Shown here: piece by piece, positions 12,291 through 25,147 of the stretch
How the letters are laid out: every line of letters starts with the position of its first letter
Numbering within the stretch: position 1 is the first letter of the stretch
Assembly (NCBI GenBank): GCA_964247055.1
Contig: OZ176050.1
Span: 2,294,001 to 2,358,000, forward strand
Length of the DNA stretch: 64,000 nucleotides
Direction: 5' to 3'
Source: Paragordius varius
Taxonomy: Eukaryota; Animalia; Nematomorpha
Made by a program: the position numbers and the translations under genes
The notes under the pieces: generated by a model
What the model was told of the DNA's origin: nothing
What the model saw: the letters and a program-made list of their open reading frames with translations, nothing else
Databases searched by the model: none

Positions 12291-15200
12291 AATACGGACG
12301 ACGTATGAGTATCGGCCTATCATGAGGCTACACAAGATTTTTGTTGATTAATATTTAAATTTATTTTATTATCAAAAATTTTGTTTGGTAGTAGATATAT
12401 TTTGGGTGCTAAGTGCGACCAGAATAAATCTCGGTCTACTGATATATCTAATATTTGTAGATATTAGCCAAAAAAGATATTTTTTGGTGAGTACCACTAG
12501 TGTTAAAACAAATCATAATACTGGAATCGATTTAACTTTAGAAGAAGTGGATCTTTAGGCGTCATTCTGATCAGTGTCCAGGATTAAAGACCCTTTAAGA
12601 TGGTATTTGCGAAACGACAATTTACCAAATATAACCTGAATTCCACAATTTGCACATCTTTTTAACATATTATTCAATTTTTCCAAGGAATTAGCGAAAA
12701 TTGTCGATAATAGCAGTTATATTGCCTTCGTTAATTTAAATAGATAGGTTGACCATCTGTCATTTACACATATATTATATGTTAATTTATTTAAACGTTT
12801 TATAATTTGTAACATGTTTCAAAAACTGTGGTAACTAAACACTCTAAAAATCCTATTATTATATAATCTAAAAGTTGAATTGTGATTTTATCTTTCATGG
12901 GAGATGATATTTAGTCTATTTCAAACATTTTTTCGAAATGTGAAATATTGTGGATTGAAAATCAGTTAAAAGCAATTCAAATAATTTAGAAATGTAAAAT
13001 GAATATTTTTACAAAATGGTTAGTTTTGTAAGAATATTTTAAAATATAATATATAAACTATATAAACCATTTTCAAGTATATTACAGAGTTTTGTAAAAA
13101 AATTATTAATTGCGGTAATAGCCAATAAAAATAACTGTTTTGATGCCATAGTTTAAACAATCATATTTTAATTATAAAAAAATTGTATCCAAATCTCCCA
13201 TAAAATGTAATAGTATTTTGGTCTTTAGTATACTCATTTTATTCAATAAATCTCTCAGATTTTGGTTGTAAATAAATTTTCTTTAACTCAAAAATTAAAC
13301 CGCAAAAAATTAAAAGGCTTCCTCATCATTGCATAACGCTATTTTTTAAAAATTTTAGCACTTGTATCGTATAAAGTGCAAAAAATATGTATAAAAAATT
13401 TTAAGTAATTAATTACTCAACATAACAATTTATAAGTATATAGTTTCAGTAACATATTAATATTGATTTTCATTATTTTTTAATATTCCAAAACAATAAT
13501 TATTCCAAATCAAGCCAAGAGTAAAATATGGATATAGGGCTATGCGAAGTTCATACATTTGGCCAGTACCATATTGATTGTTATATGTGTTTATTAAATT
13601 GTCAATAGGGAAAAAAATTATATCTGCAGACAACATTAAAGATTTTTACCCTAGTAACAATCTTAAAGTCCCATATAACCAATAATAACTGTTTACCAGT
13701 TCAAGATACAACACTGATTAACTTATAACTTGATATATGGTTATCTGCATATTCAATTCTTTATCCGACTCACCTAAGACTTTAAATCAGATTCGATTGG
13801 AAGAAAATACATAACTTTGATATATCTATCACTGGATAATGTATTTTAATGGGATGTTTTTGAATTCATATGAGGAGTAATCAAATAGCTGGTAGAGGTA
13901 ATGGACGTATTAAACATTATATAAAACCTCATTACATTTATAGACTTACCAGTGAAGTAGGTGTCATCTTTCAATTAACATCGCCAAAGGTTTAGTATAT
14001 TTTAAATGTCTATCTCAAAAAATAATATTTATAAAAACTTCAAACAGCCTTTATTTATACCATATCAAATAAAACTTTTCAAAAAAATTAAGCATGCCGG
14101 GAATCACTAAGTCCATGTTGGAAAATATAGCGACCAAATAATGAAAAGGCGTAGTTAACTAAGAAAAGGTTTAAGATTACTTGACGTGTAAGATTCCATT
14201 GTTTACACGGGTTAGCGATTGTAAGGAGGGTATTGATTAGCTGATAACAGAAGTGAAGCTCACATCGCCATGCCCCTAGCATAATATTTAATCAAATTGT
14301 CATGATCACTCATAAATGGGTGATTTATGTATTATAAAAATAATAACATTTAAATACCATTTTTTTTAAAAATTATAATTTTTAAATCTGGCGCCCCTTT
14401 AACTATGCCCCCCGGTGGAACAGCCCACTTTCTCTCCCCTCTAGCTACGCCATTATGCAGATTGTTTTTGTGATACATGTAAAGCTTCGGCCAGTTACCG
14501 TTAAGTTTGAGCTGAGCCATCATCCAACAAAGCTTGCACTTGATCGTCTTCCCAGTATGTGGCCTAACAGAACGCCCATTTAACTTTAAAATCTCAACTT
14601 TTAAATTTTTGAACCCGTGCTTCACATGTTACATTTGATGGAGCATGTTTACAATATGTATTAACCACCAAACAGTAAATTTCACCACCCTTCTGATATG
14701 AGAAAAGCGATGTGTGCGGCAAATATTGTATTTCAGGCTCGAAATTCCTGTTACTAAATGGTAAAGCTTCCTTTTAATGAATTTAATGTGTGTGTGTTTG
14801 TAGTTTAGGATAATCAAAATGGGGTCTCTATCAAATTAACTATCAGCGTACTTTTTGCTACCTCTTATCCTTGTTAAAAGGACAATGAGTTATGACTACA
14901 CCTGGTACGATGAAAGTCATTTTTTATCATTTTATAGACTTTTTTGGTTAAATGAAGGATTCGGGGCAATAACGGTTATTTATATTATATTATTTTTAAA
15001 AACCAGTTATTAGGATATTTTAGGTCTTTTTATTTTGGCTAAATTATTATATTTCAAGATCAATGCAAAAAATATGAATTTAAAATTATAGAGATCTGGT
15101 ACAGACAATTTTTTATTTCTTAGGCCTAAATATAAAAATCCATATGCATACATTATGAAATGTTTAATGAAAGCTGTCCAGTAAATTACCAAAACTAAAT

Positions 15201-15929
15201 TAAATGTAATTAAATCAAGGATTAAATGGATTTAATTTATTATGTTAAATAAGGAGTAGTATATGAATATTTTCTAATGCATTACTTTGCTGAATGTTAT
15301 TGGAGATTAAAAAAATAAAATTATATAACTATAATTTTAATGGTAGATGGTTTCAAATCTCAATGTGTTTTTTATGGCATAAAATTATAATTTACTAAAA
15401 CTAGCCCTCTCCAAACACATATTTTAGTTTTAAATATTGAGGACCATCACACTATATACCGTCACCACAATTATATAATACATGTTAAAACTATGTTGAA
15501 TAGATTGAAACATTTTAGTTGTAACCCCTCATATTTCTACATTGCTTCTCTTACAATGAAACCAATTAAAAATGGACGAAAAAAGTCAAAAAATGTTTTG
15601 ATATAACTTGGATTTGGTTTTTACAATCAGCTTTGATCAATATATGTATCTAAAAAAGCTGAAAAAATAAACTAGTAAATTGAGTATTATTTTATTTACA
15701 TTGAAAAGAGTTAAGGTGGATTATTCGGATAGACCTTATATGTGCAAACTAATGCATTTTAACATAAATAGTTTTTGTCCAAGCAGCCAAAACAAATTTT
15801 GAAAAGGAAGGAGTAATTTTTTTTTAATCGGCTTTTACACATTTTGCCCACCACTCTGGTAATAGATGAATCCTATGCCAACCAAAAAAACTAAGGGAAT
15901 TTAAGGTAAACGATTTGTCAACGTCTTCC

Positions 15930-16130
15930 AAATTTAAAGTGATGCTCTGCGACTGTGTCCTATAGATGTTAAAATAGTCTGATAATGTCTAGTCAGGAGA
16001 GAACATTGCAAGCGGAAAAAATCCCCATTTCACTGGTTTTGCCATGTGAGATGGAGCCTCGTCATGTAGCAAAAACACTTTTCTACGCCACCCATTCCGG
16101 TCTGTTATGTTAGCCATAAGGTTGTATATT
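15930..16130 (-). mobile_element. Mariner transposase relic
   Basis: VFLLHDEAPSHMAKPVK ~ LLHDNARPH; FSPD*TLSDY ~ YSPDLAPSDY. Confidence 0.7.
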
Positions 16131-17484
16131 AACAATTTCACCATTCGGAAGTTTATACTCTTATTGAAGCAATTTACCATTGTTGTTGATCATGGTAAAA
16201 ACTACGACTTTTTACAAAATAAAGCCACTTACCACCCCTCACAACTTGGCGCAAAAAGGATTTTCTTGCTTGAAGGGAAGCAGGAATTCACAAGTCCCTT
16301 TTATATTCTTAACGTTATTCGTGTGGGGGCCCATTCATCGAGTTGACTGATTCATCACTTGTACACGTCTACCGATTGTTTTTGTTATACGGGTAATGTT
16401 GCCAATTGTTTCTAAGTTAGAGTCAAGCCCGTCCAATAATTCTTGCATATTATCGTCTTGATCATCTTCCCGAGGGCCCAATCTCATATTTAAATCGATG
16501 AACTGTATATTTTTGACTGCACGTTGACTTAATGATGGCAATGCGTGCCGGAAATGCTTCTTTTCACGGATGCAATTCCCCTTGATTACTTAATATAAAA
16601 ATAAGACGCTAACTTTTAGCGGCTTAAATTGTGTATGTTTATAGTTTAAAGCCAAATAAACAAAATGGGCTCGGTATCAAATTAATCGTCTGCGTTTTGC
16701 TGACTTCATCTATAACCGGTTTAGACTTGTTATTACCCTATGATAAATTCGTTTCAACTATCATTTATAAAATATATTTTATATTTTTTATAATAATATG
16801 ACAAAATTAAATAAAAAAGTAGAGAGTTTTTAGCATCCAATTTTTTCTCCCTATATAATAAGTTTATGGTAACCAATAATATTGACAAAAAATATGACTT
16901 AAAAATATATTTTGCTGTTCTGCAATAGAGAATGTATAACTTATAATATTTAAATCAAAGCAAAATAATATTTTGCAAAAAAACAAATTTTTTTTAACTA
17001 ATACAAATTTGTAAAAATTTTTAAAGTACTAAAACCCATTATTTGCTCATGAACATATATAACTTAAAAATTATTATTGTATATAAAGCATTACATAATA
17101 AATCTATATTTATGATTTGATAATCGCTGGGACCGGACCGTTAACCATAAAAATTTGATTGGTTTTTATAAACTTGATTATTTACCTTAAACTTAGCATA
17201 TTTTATGTGAAAAAATTATTTATTCTAATAAATCATATATGATAATTCTAAATTTTATGATTTGCGCACCAGATGTCATTATACATAAAAGCCGTATAAA
17301 CTTTTTCGTTTACTTGTCATATCGTTTAATCATTCAAATTATTAATAGATTGTAATGGTAAATAACGGATTGGTTAAGTTTTGTAATAACAGTTGTTAAA
17401 ATCCGTAAGATAACGATAAAGGAAAATTAAATAGAATTAAATTAAATTATAAATAAAAATTATAAACGATATGTGAAACCCATT

Positions 17485-17549
17485 GTCAATAGTATTCGCA
17501 GACTAGTTTCGTGTTGTTAGCACTCATCAGTACGACACAACTATTTGAC
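17485..17549 (-). ncRNA. Minimal type I hammerhead ribozyme, intact core
   Basis: Minus strand reads GUCAAAUAGUUGUG-UCGUA-CUGAUGA-GUG(CUAACAA)CAC-GAAA-CUAG-UC^UGCGA-AU-ACUAUUGAC. Stem I is UCGUA/UGCGA with extension AAUAGU/ACUAUU. Stem II is 3 bp. Stem III is the palindromic CUAG. GUC cleavage is predicted between 17501 and 17500. Confidence 0.85.
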
Positions 17550-17732
17550 TTGGGGTTTTCACATATCGATTTCGTATATATATCCAACTTTGCAATTTCG
17601 GTATTACAAATTTTCAGTTTAATTTTCATATATTTCATTAAAAATTTAATTTAAAATTCGTATAACCAACTGCATTTATACCAAAATTGCAAAGTTGGAT
17701 ATATATACGAAATCGATATGTGAAAACCCCAA

Positions 17733-17798
17733 GTCGAATAGTTGTGTCGTACTGATGAGTGCTAACAAGCACAAAACTAGTCTGCGATTACTATTGAC
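17733..17798 (+). ncRNA. Minimal type I hammerhead ribozyme, core variant (GAAA to AAAA, G12A at 17773)
   Basis: UCGUA-CUGAUGA-GUGCU(AACA)AGCAC-AAAA-CUAG-UC^UGCGA. Same fold as the left-arm copy, with a 5-bp stem II but without the catalytic G12. Confidence 0.7.
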
Positions 17799-18009
17799 AA
17801 AGGGTTTCACATATCGTTTATAATTTCTATTTATAATTTAATTTAATTCTATCAATTTTCCTTTATCGTTATCTTACGGAACAACTGTTAAAAAAAGCGA
17901 TTTTAATTATATAAATTTGAAAATATATGCTAAATTTTACATAATTATTTTTTTAAAATTGTATATCATGTAAAAATCAGTGTTTAAAAGGTCAACTAAT
18001 TCTAAGCTT

Positions 18010-19940
18010 TATCCAATGTTCCAATAAATCCTAAAACTCTGGTAGTAATATTTTGGTTTTATGTAATTTTAATTTTAACTTATTTAAAATATTGTCCATC
18101 AACTTCTACGCATTTCTCCCATATCATTGATAATAGATTGTAGTACATTTGCGGCGCACCATTCTTTAAAGCAGTTTCCAACGTCAAAGAATTTAGGCAG
18201 ATGGCGCCAGGTCAGGTAACTACAGTGGATGCTAAATGAAATGATGATCTTGTGAAGTTTGCCATTTCTTCTGGCCCATTCCGACCGTTTTTCAATCCAT
18301 TCATGGTGGTAATCAAATATTTGAAGAAATTGTGTATTAACGGTTGTTTACACTTCAAAAGTTTATAACACAGTGTGCAAAATTGGGGGTATTTTTTTTC
18401 TCAGGATATCATATTAAGCTTAATATGACCATTGTGACATAGACATCCTAAAAATATAAGGATAAAAAAAATTGTCAATGCAGAAAACCTTTTTTTCACT
18501 TTTTCCATATATGGATATATTCGGAAAAAATCAATTTATTTGCATAATACTTGATCAAAAATTATAAAACTTATATATAATATAAATAATATTAAATAAA
18601 TATTATTTGCAAATTTTGGCTCAATATGAATGGATAGATTTAAAATAAACGTCAATTTATTAAATCCAACTAAATTTAGCCCTTTATATTAGTAACATAA
18701 AAAATACTTGATAAAAATCAATATAGTATGCGCCAAAAATTAAGTTTAACTTTATATGTTTATATAAATATTACTTATATATAATAAAAATTAGGTTTTA
18801 ACTAAGTTAAAAATTTTTGAAATTTTTTATTTTACTAAAATAAAATTAAATTTTTTTAATATCGACCTTGCTCACATTCGTTCAAAAACAAGTAAACAAT
18901 TTGATATTATAAAAATTAAATTATATGTATTAGATTTATTACACAATGAACATAATGTATCAAAATATAATTTTCTGGTGGATGTTTGCATGTGATAAGC
19001 AAGTTTGTCTTTAAAATATGATTTTCACAATGGATTACATTGGTTTTTCATATATCTAAATTCCACAATATTTATCTATAATTATTATAAAATATACCAT
19101 CATATCAGGGTAAAGCAACAGTCAACATCATCTACAATTCAAAAATCCAGGTAAAATCCATATGGTTATATTTATAATCACCAGACATGATTATATTACA
19201 GTTGATATTAAAAAAATTTAATTTTATTTTAGTAAAATAAAAAATTTCAAAAATTTTTAACTTAGTTAAAACCTAATTTTTATTATATATAAGTAATATT
19301 TATATAAACATATAAAGTTAAACTTAATTTTTGGCGCATACTATATTGATTTTCATCAAGTATTTTTTATGTTACTAATATAAAGGGCTAAATTTAGTTG
19401 GATTTAATAAATTGACGTTTATTTTAAATCTATCCATTCATATTGAGCCAAAATTTGCAAATAATATTTATTTAATATTATTTATATTATATATAAGTTT
19501 TATAATTTTTGATCAAGTATTATGCAAATAAATTGATTTTTTCCGAATATATCCATATATGGAAAAAGTGAAAAAAAAATTTTTCTACATTGACATTTTT
19601 TTTTATCATTATATTTTTGAGATGTATATGTCACAAGGGTTATATTAAGCTAGGTATGATATCTTGATTGCACACTGTGTAATACACAATACCGCTATGA
19701 TTCCGGTAGATACAGAGCATAATTTTCTTGGGATAGCGAATTGATCTTGGTTTCGATGGAACGGCTTGGCAAGATGAAAGTGACAATTTTTTCGCCTTAT
19801 ATATAGAATAAAGACAAATCACCGGTCATAATTTGTTTGCATAAAGGTTTTCCTTTCGTGAGGTTTAAGCAGGGTTTAATAAGTTACTTTGTAATTTTGA
19901 ATTAAACGTTCATTCAAATTTATGGGACCTTTACCTAGTT
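18010..19940 (-). mobile_element. Decayed mariner element interrupted by a 1.31-kb foldback insertion
   Basis: 5' part 19860-19680 reads PKKIMLCIYRNHSGIVY. The 3' part resumes at 18368 as YKLLKCKQ..EKRSEWARRNGK, then HPL*LPDLAPS, then DGQYFK*. Candidate TIR-like ends are TCCAATGTTCCAATAAAT (~18012) and ATTTATGGGACCTTTACCTA (~19918-19937). Confidence 0.75.
18369..19679. mobile_element. Non-autonomous foldback DNA transposon with CACAGTG..CACTGTG termini and TAA target-site duplication (probably CMC/Chapaev3-like)
   Basis: TAA at 18366-68 and 19680-82. Inverted arms are ~490 bp each (~18369-18862 vs ~19202-19679), nearly identical over most of their length, around a ~340-bp spacer. No ORF. Confidence 0.85.
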
Positions 19941-20412
19941 TATTGGTCTTTCGATTACTGGGAGACGTCTGTTGATTCAGAGGCGTAGCTTGCATTTCTG
20001 GCGCCCGGTGAAACCGTGATGACGGCCCCTCCCTTTCCATGCAACCCCTGCATTTGAATAAAATTCAAACAATGCTTGGGACAAAATGTGGCTCGTCATA
20101 AACAGAAACACGTAAAACAGGCAAAACCTATTCCTTTTAAAACGATGGCTTTAGCAAGTCTATCATTAATTAATAAATGATGTTACTTTCTACCCGAAAA
20201 TTAGTTAAATATAAATGTTGTTTAAAAGCAGTATTCAAACTGAATTATAAAGCGTAATGTACTAAAAAAGATTTTTTGGAAAATGGTTTGCATCCGAAAA
20301 TGAGTGGCAATCCTTAGGTATTAAAAACATCAAAAAAAATGCGCAAAGGTTTATTACAAATTTCCATGAAAACTGTATCCCTAGGCATAAATAGCCTATT
20401 AAATATATAAAA

Positions 20413-20498
20413 CACAGTGTGCGAAATTGGGGGTAATTTTTTTCTCAGGATATCATATTAAGCTAGGTGTGATATCTTAAAATTTGTGGCACACTGTG
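20413..20498. mobile_element. 86-bp internally deleted miniature of the CACAGTG element
   Basis: CACAGTGTGCGAAATTGGGGG..CAGGATATCATATTAAGCT matches the left end of 18369-19679, and AGCTAGGTGTGATATCTT..GCACACTGTG|TAA matches its right end. Confidence 0.8.
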
Positions 20499-21706
20499 TA
20501 ATCTATATTTATATTCGTTATAAGGGTAACAAAAAAATAAAAAAACCACGAGTATGTACATGCATGCCCTAAATTGTGAAAATAAAAAGATAAACATTCT
20601 TTGTTATAACATCATTTTTAATTTGAAAGAATTTTTACATAATGAATGATTAAGCAAGCATTACATATACTAATTATGAAAGAAAATTAACACAAAATAC
20701 TCATATATTATGCAACTCTTTGTTATGGAGTTGTATTTATAAGTTTAAAACCTTTGGATCGAATGCTTATTGGTTTTAATTTGAAAAGATTTTATACCTT
20801 TAACTTTAATGTATGTGACGATGAGAAAAGGATTTTACCATTTATATTTTAACGAATTTAATATTTCGTGAGTTAGCATCTTAATAGTATTGTTATAAAT
20901 TTGTAAATAATATATCTCAAATATTTTTTCGTCAAAAGCGAAAACATAAAAATTTAGGAACTTAATGCATTTACTATTGCAGAAATATTTTCAATATCTA
21001 GTTATTAATTTTCTGGATTGAGTTTTGTAAATGTATTGTAAAAGTTATGTTACAAAAAAGCTATTAGTTCATTTATAATATTATGCTAATAAAAACGATA
21101 ACTTTGCAGGTTAAAATCTCTGGCATATGCTTGAAAAATTAATTAAAATGGCGCAAATATTTAATATGGATCATTTAATTTGTTTTGTTTACCGGCATAT
21201 CTAAAATCTGAAATTCAATGGTAATTAATTTTTGGCATTAATCGTTTTTCGATTTTGCCCATTAAAATATAAATTTGAAATATAGTTCCTTTTCTATGCT
21301 AATTAACTTGAATTGTATTAGATTTATTAAAATATTTGATTTATCTTAAACTTCACATTAAATTCTAGTTTTACGATAAAAAATTGACCCTCTCTACCTC
21401 TCATTACTTATTAACGAAAAATAAGCCCTACAAAATAATCAACCGTACTAAGGACACACCATACTGCAAATCGACATTTTTGAATTTATTATAATTTAAT
21501 ATCAATTTTTAAATAATTTTTTTACTGAAAATTATCGATAGTATATCAATATAAATCAGCTATGCATGTATACTTGATTTATGATAACCAAATATACTGA
21601 AAGCTTAATTTTGTTTAATAATATAAACTATACTTACATCATAAAACTTTTGTAAAGGTTTAAAATGTATAATTAAATCATTTATTATTCAATTTTACTC
21701 AATTTT

Positions 21707-23215
21707 TTATTCATAAATCGTGCTACTGAAAGCCGTATAGCTTGATCTTGCAAATGCCATATATGATTCAGGCGTAGATTCCGATTTTTTATCTAAAAAT
21801 ATATTAGGTTGACTTGAGCAAAAAAATATCTTTGATTTATGCCAATTACAATACATATATAAATTTTTGTTAACTAAATTTTTGATTTGAATATGGTTAA
21901 TTTTATTAAAATTTAACTCTCTGCGCGTTAATTATTTTAAATAATAAAAAGTACTATAAGCAAAAGGACTTCGCTGAGCCATGGTTTGGATAAAGAACGA
22001 AAACTTTCATTATTGTATTATATTAGTTTGATATAAAATCAATCGTCTTAAAATCACCAAAAATACTTACTTTTAAGAGTATGTTTGCCAGAAGATTTGC
22101 CGCTATCTGCGGTAGCAGACGAAGTTTTTGACGTGACACTTGACGCACTTAATGTATCACTGGCTGACTTATTATCATCGCTTGACTTTTCTAAACCGCG
22201 GCTGGAGGAACAAGTCGATGTGCTGGATTCTACTTTTTTGCTTTTAAGTTTTTTTGATTTATTTTTGATTTTGGTTTTAGAAGTTTTTCCTAAACGTTGT
22301 TTGGATATCGAACTTACTCTCTTCTTTTTGATATTGTTTGAAGAGTTTTGTGTTACTAGATTTAACTGTGGTCTAAAACAGTTTAAATATATCTTTATCA
22401 ATCAAAAATGTCCATAATATATTGAAATCAAATACAATACATCAATTTTCATAGTAAGGCCAGGAATAAATACATTAATTTTTAGTAAATATATTATTTT
22501 AGACTTTTGTCATAGATGCTTATATCAATGAGTAGCATTTAAACAAAACTAAACTCAAATTTACTCTTTTAAAGTAGTTTTAGATGATTCTTTTGATTTT
22601 AGAATGGGCTGTTTAGGTTCTGGGATATTTTTGGTAGAACTGATTGTATCTTTAGGTGGAATGGGAGGAGGCAAAACACTATATTTATCTATCCAATCAT
22701 TGTATTGAGGCGATGCATCACCGCCAATTTTTGTCGTCTAGTTATGTAATACCAAAGTCAAAATTTTTATATTTGCAATCAAATTTTTATACTTACAATC
22801 AAATTTTATTTGTGTTCAAATAATTTAGTGGAGCCCAAAATGACTAAAAAAAGCTTTAAACAGTTAAATTCTAAATCTTAACAATAAAAAATCCCCGATA
22901 ATATTAGAATACTAAAAAAATAAATTGATATGGTTTAAACAAAATCGGATGGGCCTTACATTATCTGATCAATAATTAAAACTTAACTAAAACAATAATA
23001 TCTAAAATATTTCCCCTATATATAAATATTTATAAGGTATTATTTTTTACAAATACCATTATTTTATTTTCGGCGGACACAGGAGTATTTGTGACTAAAT
23101 AGGGTGTGCGACAATGTATGGGAGTTGGTTTTATCGGTTGCAATGTATGAGAATTCAAGTTGTTATTAGGATATCGGGCTGAATTCTAAACATACAAACA
23201 AATATGCATCATTTA

Positions 23216-23251
<36 letters not shown>

Positions 23252-24383
23252 CTTCGCTAAAATAGAATTTTTACTTAAAATACTTACTAAAATATTTTTT
23301 CTTTAAATCATTCATATACATACCGGGTAAAATAATCTTTTATCTTTTCGATCTACCGGTTTCCAGTAATACGTGTTCCCTCGTTTAAAAAGCCTAGCGT
23401 GTTGAGGGCGTTCCGGATACATTTTATCATATTCAATTTCCATTCGTTTAAAGTATGTTACAGTTGGATATTTATACATTTCATCGTCAGAATCTACTTG
23501 TTTTTCTACTACTATGGATGTGTCGTTAAGAAATCCAATTTCATTATTTAGGACTAACTTGTCTTTTTTGTCATGTTTCGAATTAGTTTGGCGGTCAAGA
23601 GATTTTTTGATTCTGGAAATTTCTAAAATAATTTTTTACAATTGGTTTTATATTTGGATAGTTTGTATGATAATAATTGTAATATATTTATATATATATA
23701 TATATATAGCAAATAGGTTAAATTAAAAATATTACTTTTATTGAAATAATCATAGAATACTTGTATATATTTTGGCATATTAAATTTTTATTTGAATGTC
23801 AACATGTATAAATAAAATTTAACACATAAGGTTCTAATTTATCTGTTCTATAATTAAGAAAGTTATAAACTTTCCCTAATGAAAAGGCTTAATTACAAGA
23901 AGTGTTTGAATAGTAAATTTAATTATTATATAATAAGCTTTATCATTTTTCAAAAAATTAAATTAATCATCTCGTATATAAATCTAATAAAAAATTTTTT
24001 AATGAATTTGTGAGTAAACAACTATTTTTTATCAAACGTTTATATTTAATACGTATATATTTAGAATTGAGTTGTTTCAATTTTAAAGCCCGAACGAAAC
24101 TAAAATAAACGATTCACGCCAGTTTTTACGAAAAATAGTTGTTATTTTCAATCGATTAATCACATATAACAGCATTTTAAAGACGAGATTCCATAAAAAA
24201 TAATTTACCGGTTTTTGAAAGGGAAATTAACTCTTTTTTTGCTAAACCATATATTAATTTATAGTGCCTCTTGAAGTTTTGGTTATGAATTGATTCTCGA
24301 TATTCTGAATTGATTTTATTGATAAAAGTCAAATATATTATTATTGTTGAAAATTTTGCATTGATTAAAGTAACGAATTCCAT
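21707..24383 (-). CDS. Five-exon orphan protein (~344 aa) with possible signal peptide, Tyr-rich middle, PPPIPPK motif and Lys/Ser-rich tail
   Basis: Exons are 24383-24209, 23622-23324, 22737-22565, 22372-22071 and 21792-21707. All introns are GT-AG, phases 1,0,2,1 are mutually consistent, and the total is 1035 nt ending in TAA. The start ATG is the least certain element. Confidence 0.7.
23219..23248. repeat. (AT)15 microsatellite in intron
   Basis: Perfect AT run directly visible. Confidence 0.95.
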
Positions 24384-24859
24384 GCATTCAAAAAACTGCA
24401 ACTCTCGTTGTTAACTGATTGATATCATTTATGTGTTTTTTACACTAATTATGGGCGTAATTACGTTAAATATGTTTTTCGGATCCTTTTTATTATAGTA
24501 ATTTTAAATAAAGGTTTATGCTTCATGATGGCAATCCTTTTAATTGATTTTACCAACTAGATTAGGAATTAGTTTGGGCTAGATGTGGGTATAAGTCTTA
24601 CGCGGTTTCATGTGGTTATTAGATAAAATGTATTAGTAGTCCCTTTATAAAGCGTGAATTGAAATGAAAATAGTCAGTAAAAATCTATTAAGAAAATTAA
24701 TAATTTCTACTAATATTTCATCGTTATCCACGAAAAAATATATTTGTACCTCTCCCCTTCCAAATATACCGCTAAATGGTATCCCAAAATACTCTATGAC
24801 CCATTAGAAGTTCAGCGTTTGAACCATTTTTGCTCTGTGATGAATCGGTTATACTAAAA

Positions 24860-25147
24860 CAGGGGTGCCCAATACGCGACTTTCAGAAATATTTCTCCAA
24901 CCTGGAAGAAATTTTAAAAAATACCAAGTAAAAAATTTATAATTAAAAAATGCTATTCCAAATAAAAAAAATTGAAGTTTCTTAACAAAAATTTTGAAGA
25001 CTTGCGAAAATATTTAAAAATGAAATTATATTGTGCGGAGTCTAATGTTTGAAATCTAATTATTAATGCCCATATTCGAATGCGGCTGGTGTCGGATCTT
25101 TGACCCAAAAATGCGGTTCGCGAAGCCATTTATGTTGGACACCTCTG
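24860..25147. mobile_element. hAT (Charlie-like) MITE
   Basis: TIRs CAGGGGTGCCCAA / TTGGACACCTCTG with subterminal GC-rich CGCG/GCGG motifs. The 8-bp flanks (tactaaaa / tttaaaac) are only partly similar. Confidence 0.6.

Larger units (their letters stand above)
17347..17890. mobile_element. Inverted repeat of a hammerhead-bearing, Penelope-like terminal repeat (arms 17387-17604 and 17678-17890, 73-nt spacer)
   Basis: The arms are near-perfect reverse complements and each contains a hammerhead core. The left arm extends further (to ~17347) and matches another copy at 55832-55985. No RT or GIY-YIG ORF is seen, so the Penelope assignment is inferred from the ribozyme form. Confidence 0.7.

Noticed and set aside
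16335-16541. SNAP-25-like SNARE helix (REDDQDDNMQELLDGL..IG..MNQ)
   Set aside because: Heptad spacing is off by about 3 residues, no consistent splice partners were found, and the flanks have stops.
22085-22417. 110-aa plus-strand Leu/Phe-rich ORF
   Set aside because: Antisense shadow of the Lys/Ser-rich exon 22372-22071.
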